Source: Fimbriimonadales bacterium
Lineage (GTDB): Bacteria; Armatimonadota; Fimbriimonadia; Fimbriimonadales; JABRVX01
Reading direction: 5' to 3'
Length of the DNA stretch: 64,000 nt
NCBI GenBank assembly: GCA_045862955.1
Contig: BTVI01000019.1
Location: 981-64,980, forward strand
The notes below the pieces were generated by a model that worked only from the letters and a program-made list of their open reading frames with translations, ran no database searches and had not been told where the DNA came from. The position numbers and the translations under genes are program-made. Of the stretch, positions 59,108 to 64,000 are shown in pieces. The first letter of the stretch is position 1. Every line of letters starts with the position of its first letter.

Positions 59108-61189
59108 CTACTGCTGTGGTAGCAGCACTTCTACCAGCTCACTTTCCATGCTCAGGTCTCCCACAGCAGTGACCGCGAAACGGTTCGTTTTCGAGAACCA
59201 ATACACGTCCTCGGGATACTCCCTCAAGTCGACCAGCGCCTCGAAGGTGTTCGGTCCCACTGTCGCAACGGGGAACCAGGGCCGATCGTTCAGCCCATCA
59301 TATCCGATGCGCCGATACACGCGGTAGCCGATTGCGCGATCGAAGTAGTGCTGCTCTCGTACGTCGGGTGACGGCTGCCATGTAACCTTCACGTGGTGCT
59401 CGTCCACCTTCTCCGCCTTCACGTTAGTGGGGGGTAGGGGAGACGTGAGCGAGCGATAGGGTGTCTTCAGCACAGTCACGTAGCGGTCCTTCTGTCCTCG
59501 GAACCACGAGCGGATAAACTCCGTCGCCTCCAACCAGAAGTAGACAGGCCTTTCATACTTCGTCACCTTGACGAGCATCAGGCCACGACCACCTACTACG
59601 TTGATGTTTCCCCACGGATTGGGTTTGCGATGGAAGCCGTTCAGCGTGCGCACTTCCATCACCGGACGATTTGGTAGGCGAAGATAGCCCTCCCGATCGG
59701 TGGTCCCCACGATCACGGGGTCCTTCGAAACGGGCTTGCCGAAGTCGCCGTCCTCGATTACGGGGAAGTACTTGACGCCGTGGTCCTCGCCTGGGGTGCC
59801 GTTCGGATCCACCGTGCAACCACGTTGGTAGATCTCGACCTTGGCGTCGGGCACTCCGAGGCCGTTCACGTCCGTGATACGCAGGTAGTTCTCGTCCGGT
59901 ATCGCGAAGTAGTAGTCGCCGAAGTGCCCACGCGGCTTGTCCCATGTCATGTTCAGGTAGCCAGCGTCAACTTCGTTGTAGAGGTGCGGACCGTGCCAGT
60001 GCATCATGGTCTGTGGGTGGTTTTGGAAGTGAGTCACTTTCTCACCGTTGTCCGGCGCGACGTGATCCTCATGGCCGGCGTAATCCAACGCATAGTAGTC
60101 AACGAGTCCGAGTTGGTGACCCAACTCGTGTGGCAGCGACCACTCTGTCTGGTTTCGCCATTCCTTGCTAGCGGGCTCCCACTTCTTGTTGCGGTCCTGG
60201 TCGTCGATCCATATCCAGCCGCCCTGGTCATAGGCGATGCCGTCTGGCGACGTGCGCTCTTTGACAGCCTGGTCCACGTCGTCTGTGTAGTAGATCTTGT
60301 CCAGTCGCACTCGAGCGATGATGCCCTTCGGCGAAGCGGGCCACACGCTGTGCGCGAACAGCAGGTTCATGATGTCCAAGTGCCAGCGGTAGAAATCCTC
60401 GAACGAAAAGGTGCCATAGGCTGTCCGCTTCTCGTGCCAAGCCTTCACCCTTCCATTGCTGACAATATAGAAGTAGCTGAACGCCCATAGCGGATCGGTG
60501 GCCTCGTTGTTGATGGTAGCAATCTCTTTCTGATCGGTAACAATGCGCAGGGTCGCTTCGTGGAAGCCGTTGCGCCAATGCCACTTCAGCTGCGTGGTGA
60601 ACTCTTCCATCTCCTTCAGCTCTCGGCGGCACCGCTCGCGCTTCATCTCCTGCCCATCAATCAACCACACCACCTCGAAGGGCTTCGCGGTGGCGAAGCC
60701 GAGATTGCGGACGTGGCCGGTTAGGGTGATCTCCTCGCCCGCCTCGTACTCGAGCTTCAGCTTTTTGGCGGCCTCCTCGGGCTCCAGGAAGATACGCTCG
60801 CCTAAGTCGGGGATCAGCGGGGAGTTACCGAGGCTGGGCCGCCCGTACACGTCGTAGTTGACCTTGCCGTGAAGGCCGGCCAGCTTGGGGTTCATCTCGA
60901 TGTAGGTCACGGTCAGATCGGGGAGATTGGGCTTCACATCCCACTCGTCCGGCCGCTCGATCTTGACCGACTTGACGGCGCTGCGAGGGATGACCCGTGG
61001 AGGGCTGCCGACCTTCTCCAGGTTCTCCCAGACCGTGTAGCGGATGCCTTCGTCGCGGACATAGCACCCTTGCAGTATCGTGCCGTCCTTCAGCTCCAGC
61101 GTGTCCGCTGGGACGGCGATCGGAAGGAAGCCGGCAGCGACGAGAAGCGCCGCTGCCCGCACCGCTGTACGACCGATGATGCCTTTCAT
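59108..61189 (-). CDS. Large secreted HExxH metallopeptidase-like protein (paralog of 41695..44022) with a C-terminal Fn3-like region
   Basis: 693 aa. Signal peptide MKGIIGRTAVRAAALLVAAGFLPIAVPA. WSLPHELGHQLGLVDYYALDY resembles the M6 (immune inhibitor A) HExGHxLGLxDxY signature as I remember it. The C-terminus PPTNVKAEKVDEHHVKVTWQPS is Fn3-like. Confidence 0.6.
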   Translation of the reverse strand: MKGIIGRTAVRAAALLVAAGFLPIAVPADTLELKDGTILQGCYVRDEGIRYTVWENLEKVGSPPRVIPRSAVKSVKIERPDEWDVKPNLPDLTVTYIEMNPKLAGLHGKVNYDVYGRPSLGNSPLIPDLGERIFLEPEEAAKKLKLEYEAGEEITLTGHVRNLGFATAKPFEVVWLIDGQEMKRERCRRELKEMEEFTTQLKWHWRNGFHEATLRIVTDQKEIATINNEATDPLWAFSYFYIVSNGRVKAWHEKRTAYGTFSFEDFYRWHLDIMNLLFAHSVWPASPKGIIARVRLDKIYYTDDVDQAVKERTSPDGIAYDQGGWIWIDDQDRNKKWEPASKEWRNQTEWSLPHELGHQLGLVDYYALDYAGHEDHVAPDNGEKVTHFQNHPQTMMHWHGPHLYNEVDAGYLNMTWDKPRGHFGDYYFAIPDENYLRITDVNGLGVPDAKVEIYQRGCTVDPNGTPGEDHGVKYFPVIEDGDFGKPVSKDPVIVGTTDREGYLRLPNRPVMEVRTLNGFHRKPNPWGNINVVGGRGLMLVKVTKYERPVYFWLEATEFIRSWFRGQKDRYVTVLKTPYRSLTSPLPPTNVKAEKVDEHHVKVTWQPSPDVREQHYFDRAIGYRVYRRIGYDGLNDRPWFPVATVGPNTFEALVDLREYPEDVYWFSKTNRFAVTAVGDLSMESELVEVLLPQQ

Positions 61190-61317
61190 AGGAGCATCCT
61201 TCGCTCCCCACGAGACTTCTCCTAGGAACTCGGGACCGGTTGGCTTGCTGGGACAGGAGGTCGGGGACGGCGGACGAATGATCGACGCGGTAACCCCAGT
61301 TAGGAGCGTGGTCGCCA

Positions 61318-63255
61318 GTGTCCGTCATAGCCCTTCTTCTCTGTGCTCTGATTGCCCCGCAGCAGGCTGCCAAAGAGAGCGTGGTCTGGCTGCAGGACCT
61401 CGACATTGCCCGAATGACACAGGAATGGGGAAGCCCGCGTGCAGGCACGTCGGTGGAGCGGAACCCGATCCGGATCGGCGGTCGGGAGTTCACGCGTGGC
61501 CTGGGCACCCACGCTGTCAGCGAGTTGACGCTGGATCTCGCTGGCGAGGCGCTGGTGTTCAAGGCCATGGTGGGTGTGGACGACGAGTCGCAACACAAGG
61601 GTAGCGTCGAGTTCCAGGTCATCGTGGACAACCGGCTCGCCTTCACGTCTGGCGTCCTGAGGGGCGGGCAGGCCCCCGTGCCCGTCTCCGTGGACCTCAC
61701 CGGAGCCTCCACGCTTACACTGATGGTGCTGGACGCCGACGACGGGATTGACCACGACCATGCCGATTGGGCCAACGCGATGATCGTGCTGCGCTCCGCA
61801 TCGAGCCGTAGACCAGTGGCGATTCACCGGCCACCCGAGCCCGCGCCCGAGATCGCCTCCGGAGACCCGCCGCAGCCACGCATCCACGGCCCTCGCATCG
61901 TGGGTGCAACTCCAGGTCACGACTTCCTATTCCTTATCCCCGCAACGGGCGAGCCCCCGCTCACGTTCTCGGCCGAGAACCTGCCTGCCGGGCTGACACT
62001 CGACACACGTAAGGGCATCATCACCGGTCGCGCTCCGGCCGAGGGCAAAACGGTGGTGACGCTGCGGGTCCGCAACCATCTGGGTGAGGACAAACGCAAG
62101 CTGGCCATCGTCACTGGCAAGCACAAGCTCGCGCTCACTCCACCACTCGGATGGAACTCATGGAACGTGTGGGCTGGAGCCGTGGACGATGCGAAGGTGC
62201 GAGCCGCCGCCGAATGGATGGTGAAGAGCGGACTGGCTGCCAAGGGCTTTCAATACATCAACGTGGACGACTGCTGGGAGGGTAAGCGCGGACCAGACGG
62301 AGTGCTGGGCACCAACGAGAAGTTTCCGGACATGAAGGCGCTAGCCGATTACGTTCACTCCCTGGGGCTGAAGTTCGGTGTGTACTCCTCACCCGGCCCG
62401 AAGACGTGCGCAGGATTCGAGGGCAGCTACGGCCACGAGGAATTGGATGCGCGCACCTGGGCTGCATGGGGAGTAGACTACATCAAGTACGACTGGTGCT
62501 CCTATGGTGCCATCGCAAAGGATAACAGCCTGGCGGAGCTTCAGAAACCCTATCGCGTAATGCGCGATGCGCTCGACAAGTGCGGCCGGGACATCGTATA
62601 TAGCCTATGCCAGTACGGGATGGGCGAGGTCTGGAAATGGGGCGCCGAAGTAGGTGGCAACTGCTGGCGCACCACGGGGGACATCACCGACACCTGGGGA
62701 AGCATGTCCTCGATAGGCTTCGGGCACGATGGCCGAGAGAAGTACGTCGGTCCCGGTGCCTGGAACGACCCGGACATGTTAGTGGTGGGAGTGCTCGGCT
62801 GGGGCCCGAACGTCCGACCGACGAGGCTGACTCCCAACGAGCAGATCACCCATATCACGCTATGGTGTCTGCTAGCGTCTCCGCTGCTGTTAGGTTGTGA
62901 CCTATCGCAACTCGACAAGTTCACGCGCGACTTGCTGACGAACAGTGAAGTGCTAGACGTGAACCAGGACCCACTAGGCAGGGCGGCAGGTCGCAGGGCC
63001 AAAGAGGGCATGACCGAGGTGTGGGCTCGGCCGCTTTGGGACGGGACGGTGGCGGCCGGGCTGTTCAACCGAGGCCCGGTCCGCACGCGGGTCACGGCGC
63101 GATGGTCGGACCTCGGCCTGCGTGGTAGGCAGCCGGTACGTGACCTCTGGCGGCAGAAGGACCTGGGCAGTTTCGATCGCGAGTTTTCGGTGGAGGTTCC
63201 CGCTCACGGAGCCGTGCTAGTTAAGATCGGTACTGCTCGGGAGGGGGAGCTGTAG
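61318..63255 (+). CDS. Secreted alpha-galactosidase: NPCBM carbohydrate-binding module, Ig-like domain, and GH27 catalytic domain
   Basis: GTG start. The NPCBM pattern is WLQDLDI...GTSVERNPIRIGGREFTRGLGTHAVSEL...VGVDDES..GSVEFQV. The GH27 motifs are LGWNSWN, INVDDCW, YIKYDWC (nucleophile Asp) and WNDPDML (acid/base Asp). Confidence 0.85.
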   Translation: MSVIALLLCALIAPQQAAKESVVWLQDLDIARMTQEWGSPRAGTSVERNPIRIGGREFTRGLGTHAVSELTLDLAGEALVFKAMVGVDDESQHKGSVEFQVIVDNRLAFTSGVLRGGQAPVPVSVDLTGASTLTLMVLDADDGIDHDHADWANAMIVLRSASSRRPVAIHRPPEPAPEIASGDPPQPRIHGPRIVGATPGHDFLFLIPATGEPPLTFSAENLPAGLTLDTRKGIITGRAPAEGKTVVTLRVRNHLGEDKRKLAIVTGKHKLALTPPLGWNSWNVWAGAVDDAKVRAAAEWMVKSGLAAKGFQYINVDDCWEGKRGPDGVLGTNEKFPDMKALADYVHSLGLKFGVYSSPGPKTCAGFEGSYGHEELDARTWAAWGVDYIKYDWCSYGAIAKDNSLAELQKPYRVMRDALDKCGRDIVYSLCQYGMGEVWKWGAEVGGNCWRTTGDITDTWGSMSSIGFGHDGREKYVGPGAWNDPDMLVVGVLGWGPNVRPTRLTPNEQITHITLWCLLASPLLLGCDLSQLDKFTRDLLTNSEVLDVNQDPLGRAAGRRAKEGMTEVWARPLWDGTVAAGLFNRGPVRTRVTARWSDLGLRGRQPVRDLWRQKDLGSFDREFSVEVPAHGAVLVKIGTAREGEL

Positions 63256-63312
63256 GAGGGTAACACAGATGGACCGGATCGCAGGGGGGCCTGACCGTAT
63301 CACCCCCATCCC

Positions 63313-63703
63313 GTCATGCTGAGCCTGTCGAAGCACGGCTGAGCCCGTCGAAGCATGACAGAGCGATAGCCACGGCACTCCTCCCACTCCGTCATGCTGA
63401 GCCCGTCGAAGCATGCGACCCCATCCCTTTGCGGACCTCCAAGTACCGTCATGCTGAGCCTGTCGAAGCATGACAGAGCGATAGCAACAGCACTCCTCCC
63501 ATCCCGTCATGCTGAGCCTGTCGAAGCATGACAGAGGGACAGCCACAGCACTCCTCCCACTCCGTCATGCTGAGCCCGTCGAAGCATGCGACCCCATCCC
63601 TTTGCGGACCTCCAAGGACCGTCATGCTGAGCCTGTCGAAGCATGACGGAGAGATAGCCACGGCATTCCTCCCATCCCGTCATGCTGAGCCTGTCGAAGC
63701 ATG
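63313..63703. repeat. Array of 7-8 regularly spaced 25-nt palindromic repeats (GTCATGCTGAGCCYGTCGAAGCATG) with two alternating classes of ~33-nt inter-repeat sequence
   Basis: Copies start at 63313, 63391, 63448, 63506, 63564, 63621 and 63679, plus a partial copy at ~63338. The period is 57-58 nt. The higher-order unit of ~173 bp is repeated twice. Each repeat is an 8-bp stem (GTCATGCT/AGCATGAC). Confidence 0.9.
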
Positions 63704-63802
63704 ACACCACCCACCGCATGCCATCGCTTGCAGCCACCAACTTGGCGGCTTCAGGCATCCTGCATCGACAAACCCACCATGTCGGGTAGGTGGCCGTTGC
63801 AG

Positions 63803-64000
63803 CTAGTACAAGAACATCGGCTTGTCCAGGACGTGGCGGATCACCGGCTTGTACTGGTCCGGATCATAGAACTCGGATACGTCTACCCGCTTCGTTCCTG
63901 TCCCTACATCAGCGAGTGGTGTCGAGCCGTAGATGCCTCGATGAATGGCTACCATAACACCCGTCTCGCCGCGGAGCAACATCTGCGCCGCGAGGTGACC
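63803..64000 (-). CDS. Partial (C-terminal 65 aa) CDS, probably a phosphofructokinase-family protein
   Basis: My translation is GHLAAQMLLRGETGVMVAIHRGIYGSTPLADVGTGTKRVDVSEFYDPDQYKPVIRHVLDKPMFLY*. The G..G.MV...G.....PL......K.VD pattern resembles the C-terminus of PFK/PPi-PFK proteins. It is truncated by the window edge. Confidence 0.4.
   Translation of the reverse strand, partial: GHLAAQMLLRGETGVMVAIHRGIYGSTPLADVGTGTKRVDVSEFYDPDQYKPVIRHVLDKPMFLY

Noticed and set aside
63313-63703. Possible CRISPR array (25-nt palindromic repeats, ~33-nt spacers, 57-58-nt period).
   Set aside because: The spacers are not unique. Only two sequence classes alternate in a higher-order tandem unit. There are no cas genes and no leader-like AT-rich flank in the window.

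Overview
High-GC (about 60-65% by eye) bacterial chromosomal window. It is gene-dense and mostly housekeeping, interspersed with secreted or surface proteins and glycan-degrading enzymes. I support about 55 protein genes, 2 tRNAs, 1 small ribosomal protein gene missing from the ORF track (rpsU), a few promoters and terminators, and three repeat regions.

Conserved blocks:
- queD-queE
- infC-rpmI-rplT / pheS-pheT
- apbC(mrp) and pyrD
- rpsU / pgpH-like-ybeY-dgkA-corC-like
- trmFO-xerC-hslV
- ndk, nfo, ogg, tdk, and a serine dehydratase plus ornithine-cyclodeaminase-like pair

Accessory content:
- GH10 xylanase, a GHL10 protein, and an NPCBM-GH27 alpha-galactosidase
- a DPP4-like peptidase
- two PEP-CTERM proteins
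- two dockerin-tailed proteins
- two paralogous large secreted HExxH proteins
- three URO-D-like proteins, one translationally coupled to xylB and a RACo-type corrinoid activase
- a 1142-aa methyltransferase-TPR-glycosyltransferase protein

The synteny looks Terrabacteria-like, possibly Armatimonadota or Chloroflexota. That is a low-confidence inference.

No CRISPR array, cas genes, transposases, prophage or recognisable defence system was seen. The best candidates for something undescribed are the xylB/URO-D-like/RACo operon, the paralogous HExxH surface proteins, the membrane zinc-ribbon/L7-L12-CTD protein, and the giant multidomain transferase.

Many long ORFs in the track are antisense or GC artefacts. 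The track also displays GTG and TTG starts as M, so several starts were re-picked by hand. All family assignments come from motif recognition by eye, not from searches.
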